From the NCBI RefSeq assembly GCF_009914755.1, contig NC_060943.1: a stretch of DNA of 64,000 nucleotides; one strand, given 5' to 3'. This DNA is from the human T2T-CHM13v2.0 reference genome, Homo sapiens. Positions 1 through 12,460 of this stretch are shown here, in pieces. How positions within the stretch are numbered: the first letter of the stretch is position 1; each line of letters opens with the position of its first letter. A program made the position numbers and the translations under genes. The notes beneath the pieces were generated by a model that worked only from the letters and a program-made list of their open reading frames with translations, did not search any database and had not been told where the DNA came from.

Positions 1-8
1 CTTGAGGC

Positions 9-25
9 CTTAGTTGGAAAAGGGA
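9..25 (+). promoter_or_regulatory. Inactivated CENP-B box (both CpGs lost)
   Basis: CTTAGTTGGAAAAGGGA has C>A at box positions 4 and 13, both core positions. Confidence 0.9.
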
Positions 26-177
26 TTTCTTCATATTATGCTAGACAGAAGAATTCTCAGTAACTTCCTTGTGTTGTGTGTATTCAACTCACAGAGTTGA
101 ACGATCCTTTACACAGAGCAGACTTGAAACACTCTTTTTGTGGAATTTGCAAGTGGAGATTTCAGCCGCTTTGAGGT

Positions 178-194
178 CAATGGTAGAATAGGAA
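178..194 (+). promoter_or_regulatory. Degenerate A-box (pJalpha-site equivalent) of the A-type monomer, repeated every 340 bp
   Basis: CAATGGTAGAATAGGAA lies at the position homologous to the CENP-B box. It has 3 mismatches to the recalled pJalpha consensus CTAYGGTGRAAAAGGAA. Binding is not demonstrated. Confidence 0.75.
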
Positions 195-348
195 ATATCT
201 TCCTATAGAAACTAGACAGAATGATTCTCAGAAACTCCTTTGTGATGTGTGCGTTCAACTCACAGAGTTCAACCTTTCTTTTCATAGAGCAGTTGGGAAA
301 CACTCTGTTTGCAAAGTCTGCAAGTGGACATTCAGACTTCTTTGAGGC

Positions 349-365
349 CTTCGTTGGAAGCGGGA
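349..365 (+). promoter_or_regulatory. CENP-B box, first intact copy; the box position recurs every 340 bp up to 63925-63941 (189 positions, about 178 with intact core)
   Basis: CTTCGTTGGAAGCGGGA matches YTTCGTTGGAARCGGGA. The other common alleles are CTTCGTTGGAAACGGGA (689-705) and TTTCGTTGGAAACGGGA (1369-1385). All keep the nTTCGnnnnAnnCGGGn core. Confidence 0.97.
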
Positions 366-3300
366 TTTCTTCATATTCTGCTAGACAGAAGAATTCTCAG
401 TAACTGCCTTGTGTTGTGTGTATTCAACTCACAGAGTTGAACGATCCTTTACACAGAGCAGACTTGAAACACTCTTTTTGTGGAATTTGCAAGTGGAGAT
501 TTCAGCCGCTTTGAGGTCAATGGTAGAATAGGAAATATCTTCCTATAGAAACTAGACAGAATGATTCTCAGAAACTCCTTTGTGATGTGTGCGTTCAACT
601 CACAGAGTTTAACCTTTCTTTTCATAGAGCAGTTAGGAAACACTCTGTTTGTAAAGTCTGCAAGTGGATATTCAGACCTCCTTGAGGCCTTCGTTGGAAA
701 CGGGATTTCTTCATATTATGCTAGACAGAAGAATTCTCAGTAACTTCCTTGTGTTGTGTGTATTCAACTCACAGAGTTGAACGATCCTTTACACAGAGCA
801 GACTTGAAACACTCTTTTTGTGGAATTTGCAAGTGGAGATTTCAGCCGCTTTGAGGTCAATGGTAGAATAGGAAATATCTTCCTATAGAAACTAGACAGA
901 ATGATTCTCAGAAACTCCTTTGTGATGTGTGCGTTCAACTCACAGAGTTCAACCTTTCTTTTCATAGAGCAGTTGGGAAACACTCTGTTTGTAAAGTCTG
1001 CAAGTGGATATTCAGACTTCTTTGAGGCCTTCGTTGGAAGCGGGATTTCTTCATATTCTGCTAGACAGAAGAATTCTCAGTAACTGCCTTGTGTTGTGTG
1101 TATTCAACTCACAGAGTTGAACGATCCTTTACACAGAGCAGACTTGAAACACTCTTTTTGTGGAATTTGCAAGTGGAGATTTCAGCCGCTTTGAGGTCAA
1201 TGGTAGAATAGGAAATATCTTCCTATAGAAACTAGACAGAATGATTCTCAGAAACTCCTTTGTGATGTGTGCGTTCAACTCACAGAGTTTACCCTTTCTT
1301 TTCATAGAGCAGTTAGGAAACACTCTGTTTGTAAAGTCTGCAAGTGGATATTCAGACATCCTTGAGGCTTTCGTTGGAAACGGGATTTCTTCATATTCTG
1401 CCAGAAAGAAGAATTCTCAGTAACTTCCTTGTGTTGTGTGTATTCAACTCACAGAGTTGAACGATCCTTTACACAGAGCAGACTTGAAACACTCTTTTTG
1501 TGGAATTTGCAAGTGGAGATTTCAGCCGCTTTGAGTTCAATGGTAGAATAGGAAATATCTTCCTATAGAAACTAGACAGAATGATTCTCAGAAACTCCTT
1601 TGTGATGTGTGCGTTCAACTCACAGAGTTCAACCTTTCTTTTCATAGAGCAGTTGGGAAACACTCTGTTTGTAAAGTCTGCAAGTGGATATTCAGACTTC
1701 TTTGAGGCCTTCGTTGGAAGCGGGATTTCTTCATGTTCTGCTAGACAGAAGAATTCTCAGAAACTTCCTTGTGTTGTGTGTTTTCAACTCACAGAGTTGA
1801 ACGATCCTTTACACAGAGCAGACTTGAAACACTCCTTTTGTGGAATTTGCAAGTGGAGATTTCAGCCGCTTTGAGGTCAATGGTAGAATAGGAAATATCT
1901 TCCTATAGAAAGTAGACAGAATGATTCTCAGAAACTCCTTTGTGATGTGTGCGTTCAACTCACAGAGTTTAACCTTTCTTTTCATAGAGCAGTTAGGAAA
2001 CACTCTGTTTGTAAAGTCTGCAAGTGGATATTCAGACCTCCTTGAGGCCTTCGTTGGAAACGGGATTTCTTCATATTATGCTAGACAGAAGAATTCTCAG
2101 TAACTTCCTTGTGTTGTGTGTATTCAACTCACAGAGTTGAACGATCCTTTACACAGAGCAGACTTGAAACACTCTTTTTGTGGAATTTGCAAGTGGAGAT
2201 TTCAGCCGCTTTGAGTTCAATGGTAGAATAGGAAATATCTTCCTATAGAAACTAGACAGAATGATTCTCAGAAACTCCTTTGTGATGTGTGCGTTCAACT
2301 CACAGAGTTCAACCTTTCTTTTCATAGAGCAGTTGGGAAACACTCTGTTTGTAAAGTCTGCAAGTGGATATTCAGACTTCTTTGAGGCCTTCGTTGGAAG
2401 CGGGATTTCTTCATATTCTGCTAGACAGAAGAATTCTCAGTAACTGCCTTGTGTTGTGTGTATTCAACTCACAGAGTTGAACGATCCTTTACACAGAGCA
2501 GACTTGAAACACTCTTTTTGTGGAATTTGCAAGTGGAGATTTCAGCCGCTTTGAGGTCAATGGTAGAATAGGAAATATCTTCCTATAGAAACTAGACAGA
2601 ATGATTCTCAGAAACTCCTTTGTGATGTGTGCGTTCAACTCACAGAGTTTAACCTTTCTTTTCATAGAGCAGTTAGGAAACACTCTGTTTGTAAAGTCTG
2701 CAAGTGGATATTCAGACCTCCTTGAGGCCTTCGTTGGAAACGGGATTTCTTCATATTCTGCTAGACAGAAGAATTCTCAGTAACTGCCTTGTGTTGTGTG
2801 TATTCAACTCACAGAGTTGAACGATCCTTTACACAGAGCAGACTTGAAACACTCTTTTTGTGGAATTTGCAAGTGGAGATTTCAGCCGCTTTGAGGTCAA
2901 TGGTAGAATAGGAAATATCTTCCTATAGAAACTAGACAGAATGATTCTCAGAAACTCCTTTGTGATGTGTGCGTTCAACTCACAGAGTTTACCCTTTCTT
3001 TTCATAGAGCAGTTAGGAAACACTCTGTTTGTAAAGTCTGCAAGTGGATATTCAGACATCCTTGAGGCTTTCGTTGGAAACGGGATTTCTTCATATTCTG
3101 CCAGAAAGAAGAATTCTCAGTAACTTCCTTGTGTTGTGTGTATTCAACTCACAGAGTTGAACGATCCTTTACACAGAGCAGACTTGAAACACTCTTTTTG
3201 TGGAATTTGCAAGTGGAGATTTCAGCCGCTTTGAGGTCAATGGTAGAATAGGAAATATCTTCCTATAGAAACTAGACAGAATGATTCTCAGAAACTCCTT

Positions 3301-5660
3301 TGTGATGCGTGCGTTCAACTCACCGAGTTTAACCTTTCTTTTCATAGAGCAGTTAGGAAACACTCTGTTTGTAAAGTCTGCAAGTGGATATTCAGACATC
3401 CTTGAGGCTTTCGTTGGAAACGGGATTTCTTCATATTCTGCTAGAAAGAAGAATTCTCAGTAACTTCCTTGTGTTGTGTGTATTCAACTCACAGAGTTGA
3501 ACGATCCTTTACACAGAGCAGACTTGAAACACTCTTTTTGTGGAATTTGCAAGTGGAGATTTCAGCCGCTTTGAGGTCAATGGTAGAATAGGAAATATCT
3601 TCCTATAGAAACTAGACAGAATGATTCTCAGAAACTCCTTTGTGATGTGTGCGTTCAACTCACAGAGTTTAACCTTTCTTTTCATAGAGCAGTTGGGAAA
3701 CACTCTGTTTGTAAAGTCTGCAAGTGGATATTCAGACATCCTTGAGGCTTTCATTGGAAACGGGATTTCTTCATATTCTGCTAGAAAGAAGAATTCTCAG
3801 TAACTTCCTTGTGTTGTGTGTATTCAACTCACAGAGTTGAACGATCCTTTACACAGAGCAGACTTGAAACACTCTTTTTGTGGAATTTGCAAGTGGAGAT
3901 TTCAGCCGCTTTGAGGTCAATGGTAGAATAGGAAATATCTTCCTATAGAAACTAGACAGAATGATTCTCAGAAACTCCTTTGTGATGTGTGCGTTCAACT
4001 CACAGAGTTTAACCTTTCTTTTCATAGAGCAGTTAGGAAACACTCTGTTTGTAAAGTCTGCAAGTGGATATTCAGACCTCCTTGAGGCCTTCGTTGGAAA
4101 CGGGATTTTTTCATATTATGCTAGACAGAAGAATTCTCAGTAACTGCCTTGTGTTGTGTGTATTCAACTCACAGAGTTGAACGATCCTTTACACAGAGCA
4201 GACTTGAAACACTCTTTTTGTGGAATTTGCAAGTGGAGATTTCAGCCGCTTTGAGGTCAATGGTAGAATAGGAAATATCTTCCTATAGAAACTAGACAGA
4301 ATGATTCTCAGAAACTCCTTTGTGATGTGTGCGTTCAACTCACAGAGTTTACCCTTTCTTTTCATAGAGCAGTTAGGAAACACTCTGTTTGTAAAGTCTG
4401 CAAGTGGATATTCAGACATCCTTGAGGCTTTCGTTGGAAACGGGATTTCTTCATATTCTGCCAGAAAGAAGAATTCTCAGTAACTTCCTTGTGTTGTGTG
4501 TATTCAACTCACAGAGTTGAACGATCCTTTACACAGAGCAGACTTGAAACACTGTTTTTGTGGAATTTGCAAGTGGAGATTTCAGCCGCTTTGAGGTCAA
4601 TGGTAGAATAGGAAATATCTTCCTATAGAAACTAGACAGAATGATTCTCAGAAACTCCTTTGTGATGTGTGCGTTCAACTCACAGAGTTTAACCTTTCTT
4701 TTCATAGAGCAGTTAGGAAACACTCTGTTTGTAAAGTCTGCAAGTGGATATTCAGACATCCTTGAGGCTTTCGTTGGAAACGGGATTTCTTCATATTCTG
4801 CTAGAAAGAAGAATTCTCAGTAACTTCCTTGTGTTGTGTGTATTCAACTCACAGAGTTGAACGATCCTTTACACAGAGCAGACTTGAAACACTCTTTTTG
4901 TGGAATTTGCAAGTGGAGATTTCAGCCGCTTTGAGGTCAATGGTAGAATAGGAAATATCTTCCTATAGAAACTAGACAGAATGATTCTCAGAAACTCCTT
5001 TGTGATGTGTGCGTTCAACTCACAGAGTTTAACCTTTCTTTTCATAGAGCAGTTAGGAAACACTCTGTTTGTAAAGTCTGCAAGTGGATATTCAGACCTC
5101 CTTGAGGCCTTCGTTGGAAACTGGATTTCTTCATATTATGCTAGACAGAAGAATTCTCAGTAACTTCCTTGTGTTGTGTGTATTCAACTCACAGAGTTGA
5201 ACGATCCTTTACACAGAGCAGACTTGAAACACTCTTTTTGTGGAATTTGCAAGTGGAGATTTCAGCCGCTTTGAGGTCAATGGTAGAATAGGAAATATCT
5301 TCCTATAGAAACTAGACAGAATGATTCTCAGAAACTCCTTTGTGATGTGTGCGTTCAACTCACAGAGTTCAACCTTTCTTTTCATAGAGCAGTTGGGAAA
5401 CACTCTGTTTGTAAAGTCTGCAAGTGGATATTCAGACTTCTTTGAGGCCTTCGTTGGAAGCGGGATTTCTTCATATTCTGCTAGACAGAAGAATTCTCAG
5501 TAACTGCCTTGTGTTGTGTTTATTCAACTCACAGAGTTGAACGATCCTTTACACAGAGCAGACTTGAAACACTCTTTTTGTGGAATTTGCAAGTGGAGAT
5601 TTCAGCCGCTTTGAGGTCAATGGTAGAATAGGAAATATCTTCCTATAGAAACTAGACAGA

Positions 5661-8600
5661 ATGATTCTCAGAAACTCCTTTGTGATGCGTGCGTTCAACT
5701 CACAGAGTTTAACCTTTCTTTTCATAGAGCAGTTAGGAAACACTCTGTTTGTAAAGTCTGCAAGTGGATATTCAGACATCCTTGAGGCTTTCGTTGGAAA
5801 CGGGATTTCTTCATATTCTGCTAGAAAGAAGAATTCTCAGTAACTTCCTTGTGTTGTGTGTATTCAACTCACAGAGTTGAACGATCCTTTACACAGAGCA
5901 GACTTGAAACACTGTTTTTGTGGAATTTGCAAGTGGAGATTTCAGCCGCTTTGAGGTCAATGGTAGAATAGGAAATATCTTCCTATAGAAACTAGACAGA
6001 ATGATTCTCAGAAACTCCTTTGTGATGTGTGCGTTCAACTCACAGAGTTTAACCTTTCTTTTCATAGAGCAGTTGGGAAACACTCTGTTTGTAAAGTCTG
6101 CAAGTGGATATTCAGACATCCTTGAGGCTTTCGTTGGAAACGGGATTTCTTCATATTCTGCTAGAAAGAAGAATTCTCAGTAACTTCCTTGTGTTGTGTG
6201 TATTCAACTCACAGAGTTGAACGATCCTTTACACAGAGCAGACTTGAAACACTCTTTTTGTGGAATTTGCAAGTGGAGATTTCAGCCGCTTTGAGGTCAA
6301 TGGTAGAATAGGAAATATCTTCCTATAGAAAGTAGACAGAATGATTCTCAGAAACTCCTTTGTGATGTGTGCGTTCAACTCACACAGTTTAACCTTTCTT
6401 TTCATAGAGCAGTTAGGAAACACTCTGTTTGTAAAGTCTGCAAGTGGATATTCAGACCTCCTTGAGGCCTTCGTTGGAAACGGGATTTCTTCATATTATG
6501 CTAGACAGAAGAATTCTCAGGAACTTCCTTGTGTTGTGTGTATTCAACTCACAGAGTTGAACGATCCTTTACACAGAGCAGACTTGAAACACTCTTTTTG
6601 TGGAATTTGCAAGTGGAGATTTCAGCCGCTTTGAGTTCAGTGGTAGAATAGGAAATATCTTCCTATAGAAAGTACACAGAATGATTCTCAGAAACTGCTT
6701 TGTGATGTGTGCGTTCAACTCACAGAGTTCAACCTTTCTTTTCATAGAGCAGTTGGGAAACACTCTGTTTGTAAAGTCTGCAAGTGGATATTCAGACTTC
6801 TTTGAGGCCTTCGTTGGAAGCGGGATTTCTTCATATTCTGCTAGACAGAAGAATTCTCGGTAACTTCCTTGTGTTGTGTGTATTCAACTCACAGAGTTGA
6901 ACGATCCTTTACACAGAGCAGACTTGAAACACTCTTTTTGTGGAATTTGCAAGTGGAGATTTCAGCCGCTTTGAGGTCAATGGTAGAATAGGAAATATCT
7001 TCCTATAGAAACTAGACAGAATGATTCTCAGAAACTCCTTTGTGATGCGTGCGTTCAACTCACAGAGTTTAACCTTTCTTTTCATAGAGCAGTTAGGAAA
7101 CACTCTGTTTGTAAAGTCTGCAAGTGGATATTCAGACATCCTTGAGGCTTTCGTTGGAAACGGGATTTCTTCATATTCTGCTAGAAAGAAGAATTCTCAG
7201 TAACTTCCTTGTGTTGTGTGTATTCAACTCACAGAGTTGAACGATCCTTTACACAGAGCAGACTTGAAACACTCTTTTTCTGGAATTTGCAAGTGGAGAT
7301 TTCAGCCGCTTTGAGGTCAATGGTAGAATAGGAAATATCTTCCTATAGAAACTAGACAGAATGATTCTCAGAAACTCCTTTGTGATGTGTGCGTTCAACT
7401 CACAGAGTTTAACCTTTCTTTTCATAGAGCAGTTGGGAAACACTCTGTTTGTAAAGTCTGCAAGTGGATATTCAGACATCCTTGAGGCTTTCGTTGGAAA
7501 CGGGATTTCTTCATATTCTGCTAGAAAGAAGAATTCTCAGTAACTTCCTTGTGTTGTGTGTATTCAACTCACAGAGTTGAACGATCCTTTACACAGAGCA
7601 GACTTGAAACACTCTTTTTGTGGAATTTGCAAGTGGAGATTTCAGCCGCTTTGAGGTCAATGGTAGAATAGGAAATATCTTCCTATAGAAACTAGACAGA
7701 ATGATTCTCAGAAACTCCTTTGTGATGTGTGCGTTCAACTCACACAGTTTAACCTTTCTTTTCATAGAGCAGTTAGGAAACACTCTGTTTGTAAAGTCTG
7801 CAAGTGGATATTCAGACCTCCTTGAGGCCTTCGTTGGAAACGGGATTTCTTCATATTATGCTAGACAGAAGAATTCTCAGGAACTTCCTTGTGTTGTGTG
7901 TATACAACTCACAGAGTTGAACGATCCTTTACACAGAGCAGACTTGAAACACTCTTTTTGTGGAATTTGCAAGTGGAGATTTCAGCCGCTTTGAGGTCAA
8001 TGGTAGAATAGGAAATATCTTCCTATAGAAAGTAGACAGAATGATTCTCAGAAACTCCTTTGTGATGTGTGCGTTCAACTCACACAGTTTAACCTTTCTT
8101 TTCATAGAGCAGTTAGGAAACACTCTGTTTGTAAAGTCTGCAAGTGGATATTCAGACCTCCTTGAGGCCTTCGTTGGAAACGGGATTTCTTCATATTATG
8201 CTAGACAGAAGAATTCTCAGGAACTTCCTTGTGTTGTGTGTATTCAACTCACAGAGTTGAACGATCCTTTACACAGAGCAGACTTGAAACACTCTTTTTG
8301 TGGAATTTGCAAGTGGAGATTTCAGCCGCTTTGAGTTCAATGGTAGAATAGGAAATATCTTCCTATAGAAAGTACACAGAATGATTCTCAGAAACTGCTT
8401 TGTGATGTGTGCGTTCAACTCACAGAGTTCAACCTTTCTTTTCATAGAGCAGTTGGGAAACACTCTGTTTGTAAAGTCTGCAAGTGGATATTCAGACTTC
8501 TTTGAGGCCTTCGTTGGAAGCGGGATTTCTTCATATTCTGCTAGACAGAAGAATTCTCGGTAACTTCCTTGTGTTGTGTGTATTCAACTCACAGAGTTGA

Positions 8601-10080
8601 ACGATCCTTTACACAGAGCAGACTTGAAACACTCTTTTTGTGGAATTTGCAAGTGGAGATTTCAGCCGCTTTGAGGTCAATGGTAGAATAGGAAATATCT
8701 TCCTATAGAAACTAGACAGAATGATTCTCAGAAACTCCTTTGTGATGCGTGCGTTCAACTCACAGAGTTTAACCTTTCTTTTCATAGAGCAGTTAGGAAA
8801 CACTCTGTTTGTAAAGTCTGCAAGTGGATATTCAGACATCCTTGAGGCTTTCGTTGGAAACGGGATTTCTTCATATTCTGCTAGAAAGAAGAATTCTCAG
8901 TAACTTCCTTGTGTTGTGTGTATTCAACTCACAGAGTTGAACGATCCTTTACACAGAGCAGACTTGAAACACTCTTTTTGTGGAATTTGCAAGTGGAGAT
9001 TTCAGCCGCTTTGAGGTCAATGGTAGAATAGGAAATATCTTCCTATAGAAACTAGACAGAATGATTCTCAGAAACTCCTTTGTGATGTGTGCGTTCAACT
9101 CACAGAGTTTAACCTTTCTTTTCATAGAGCAGTTGGGAAACACTCTGTTTGTAAAGTCTGCAAGTGGATATTCAGACATCCTTGAGGCTTTCGTTGGAAA
9201 CGGGATTTCTTCATATTCTGCTAGAAAGAAGAATTCTCAGTAACTTCCTTGTGTTGTGTGTATTCAACTCACAGAGTTGAACGATCCTTTACACAGAGCA
9301 GACTTGAAACACTCTTTTTGTGGAATTTGCAAGTGGAGATTTCAGCCGCTTTGAGGTCAATGGTAGAATAGGAAATATCTTCCTATAGAAACTAGACAGA
9401 ATGATTCTCAGAAACTCCTTTGTGATGTGTGCGTTCAACTCACACAGTTTAACCTTTCTTTTCATAGAGCAGTTAGGAAACACTCTGTTTGTAAAGTCTG
9501 CAAGTGGATATTCAGACCTCCTTGAGGCCTTCGTTGGAAACGGGATTTCTTCATATTATGCTAGACAGAAGAATTCTCAGGAACTTCCTTGTGTTGTGTG
9601 TATTCAACTCACAGAGTTGAACGATCCTTTACACAGAGCAGACTTGAAACACTCTTTTTGTGGAATTTGCAAGTGGAGATTTCAGCCGCTTTGAGTTCAA
9701 TGGTAGAATAGGAAATATCTTCCTATAGAAAGTACACAGAATGATTCTCAGAAACTGCTTTGTGATGTGTGCGTTCAACTCACAGAGTTCAACCTTTCTT
9801 TTCATAGAGCAGTTGGGAAACACTCTGTTTGTAAAGTCTGCAAGTGGATATTCAGACTTCTTTGAGGCCTTCGTTGGAAGCGGGATTTCTTCATATTCTG
9901 CTAGACAGAAGAATTCTCAGTAACTTCCTTGTGTTGTGTGTATTCAACTCACAGAGTTGAACGATCCTTTACACAGAGCAGACTTGAAACACTCTTTTTG
10001 TGGAATTTGCAAGTGGAGATTTCAGCCGCTTTGAGGTCAATGGTAGAATAGGAAATATCTTCCTATAGAAACTAGACAGA
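5661..10080 (+). repeat. Local 4-dimer (1360 bp) super-repeat in three copies, the second with one extra dimer
   Basis: The order GATGCGT-dimer, I-dimer, CACACAG/CAGGAAC-dimer, GTACAC/AACTGC-dimer starts at 5661, 7021 and 8721. An extra CACACAG dimer makes the 7701/8041 pair. Confidence 0.8.
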
Positions 10081-12460
10081 ATGATTCTCAGAAACTCCTT
10101 TGTGATGTGTGCGTTCAACTCACAGAGTTCAACCTTTCTTTTCATAGAGCAGTTGGGAAACACTCTGTTTGTAAAGTCTGCAAGTGGATATTCAGACTTC
10201 TTTGAGGCCTTCGTTGGAAGCGGGATTTCTTCATGTTCTGCTAGACAGAAGAATTCTCAGAAACTTCCTTGTGTTGTGTGTTTTCAACTCACAGAGTTGA
10301 ACGATCCTTTACACAGAGCAGACTTGAAACACTCCTTTTGTGGAATTTGCAAGTGGAGATTTCAGCCGCTTTGAGGTCAATGGTAGAATAGGAAATATCT
10401 TCCTATAGAAAGTAGACAGAATGATTCTCAGAAACTCCTTTGTGATGTGTGCGTTCAACTCACAGAGTTTAACCTTTCTTTTCATAGAGCAGTTAGGAAA
10501 CACTCTGTTTGTAAAGTCTGCAAGTGGATATTCAGACCTCCTTGAGGCCTTCGTTGGAAACAGGATTTCTTCATATTCTGCTAGACAGAAGAATTCTCAG
10601 TAACTTCCTTGTGTTGTGTGTATTCAACTCACAGAGTTGAACGATCCTTTACACAGAGCAGACTTGAAACACTCTTTTTGTGGAATTTGCAAGTGGAGAT
10701 TTCAGCCGCTTTGAGTTCAATGGTAGAATAGGAAATATCTTTCTATAGAAACTAGACAGAATGATTCTCAGAAACTCCTTTGTGATGTGTGCGTTCAACT
10801 CACACAGTTTAACCTTTCTTTTCATAGAGCAGTTAGGAAACACTCTGTTTGTAAAGTCTGCAAGTGGATATTCAGACCTCCTTGAGGCCTTCGTTGGAAA
10901 CGGGATTTCTTCATATTATGCTAGACAGAAGAATTCTCAGTAACTTCCTTGTGTTGTGTGTATTCAACTCACAGAGTTGAACGATCCTTTACACAGAGCA
11001 GACTTGAAACACTCCTTTTGTGGAATTTGCAAGTGGAGATTTCAGCCGCTTTGAGGTCAATGGTAGAATAGGAAATATCTTCCTATAGAAAGTAGACAGA
11101 ATGATTCTCAGAAACTCCTTTGTGATGTGTGCGTTCAACTCACAGAGTTTAACCTTTCTTTTCATAGAGCAGTTAGGAAACACTCTGTTTGTAAAGTCTG
11201 CAAGTGGATATTCAGACCTCCTTGAGGCCTTCGTTGGAAACGGGATTTCTTCATATTATGCTAGACAGAAGAATTCTCAGTAACTTCCTTGTGTTGTGTG
11301 TATTCAACTCACAGAGTTGAACGATCCTTTACACAGAGCAGACTTGAAACACTCTTTTTGTGGAATTTGCAAGTGGAGATTTCAGCCGCTTTGAGTTCAA
11401 TGGTAGAATAGGAAATATCTTCCTATAGAAACTAGACAGAATGATTCTCAGAAACTCCTTTGTGATGTGTGCGTTCACCTCACAGAGTTCAACCTTTCTT
11501 TTCATAGAGCAGTTGGGAAACACTCTGTTTGTAAAGTCTGCAAGTGGATATTCAGACTTCTTTGAGGCCTTCGTTGGAAGCGGGATTTCTTCATATTCTG
11601 CTAGACAGAAGAATTCTCAGTAACTGCCTTGTGTTGTGTGTATTCAACTCACAGAGTTCAACGATCCTTTACACAGAGCAGACTTGAAACACTCTTTTTG
11701 TGGAATTTGCAAGTGGAGATTTCAGCCGCTTTGAGGTCAATGGTAGAATAGGAAATATCTTCCTATAGAAACTAGACAGAATGATTCTCAGAAACTCCTT
11801 TGTGATGTGTGCGTTCAACTCACAGAGTTTAACCTTTCTTTTCATAGAGCAGTTAGGAAACACTCTGTTTGTAAAGTCTGCAAGTGGATATTCAGACCTC
11901 CTTGAGGCCTTCGTTGGAAACGGGATTTCTTCATATTATGCTAGACAGAAGAATTCTCAGTAACTTCCTTGTGTTGTGTGTATTCAACTCACAGAGTTGA
12001 ACGATCCTTTACACAGAGCAGACTTGAAACACTCTTTTTGTGGAATTTGCAAGTGGAGATTTCAGCCGCTTTGAGGTCAATGGTAGAATAGGAAATATCT
12101 TCCTATAGAAACTAGACAGAATGATTCTCAGAAACTCCTTTGTGATGTGTGCGTTCAACTCACAGAGTTCAACCTTTCTTTTCATAGAGCAGTTGGGAAA
12201 CACTCTGTTTGTAAAGTCTGCAAGTGGATATTCAGACTTCTTTGAGGCCTTCGTTGGAAGCGGGATTTCTTCATATTCTGCTAGACAGAAGAATTCTCAG
12301 TAACTGCCTTGTGTTGTGTTTATTCAACTCACAGAGTTGAACGATCCTTTACACAGAGCAGACTTGAAACACTCTTTTTGTGGAATTTGCAAGTGGAGAT
12401 TTCAGCCGCTTTGAGGTCAATGGTAGAATAGGAAATATCTTCCTATAGAAACTAGACAGA

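Larger units (their letters stand above)
51..390 (+). repeat. Representative 340-bp EcoRI dimer unit
   Basis: GAATTC at 51-56 and again at 391-396. B-box at 9 to A-box at 178 is 169 bp; A-box at 178 to B-box at 349 is 171 bp. Confidence 0.97.

Noticed and set aside
1581-1874. 97-aa read-through ORF variants (TAA>AAA or GAA)
   Set aside because: Single substitutions in the stop codon were spread by block duplication. Nothing suggests coding selection.
10740-10751. Perfect 12-bp palindrome TTTCTATAGAAA
   Set aside because: It results from a singleton C>T change in one dimer, was not amplified, and is most likely chance.
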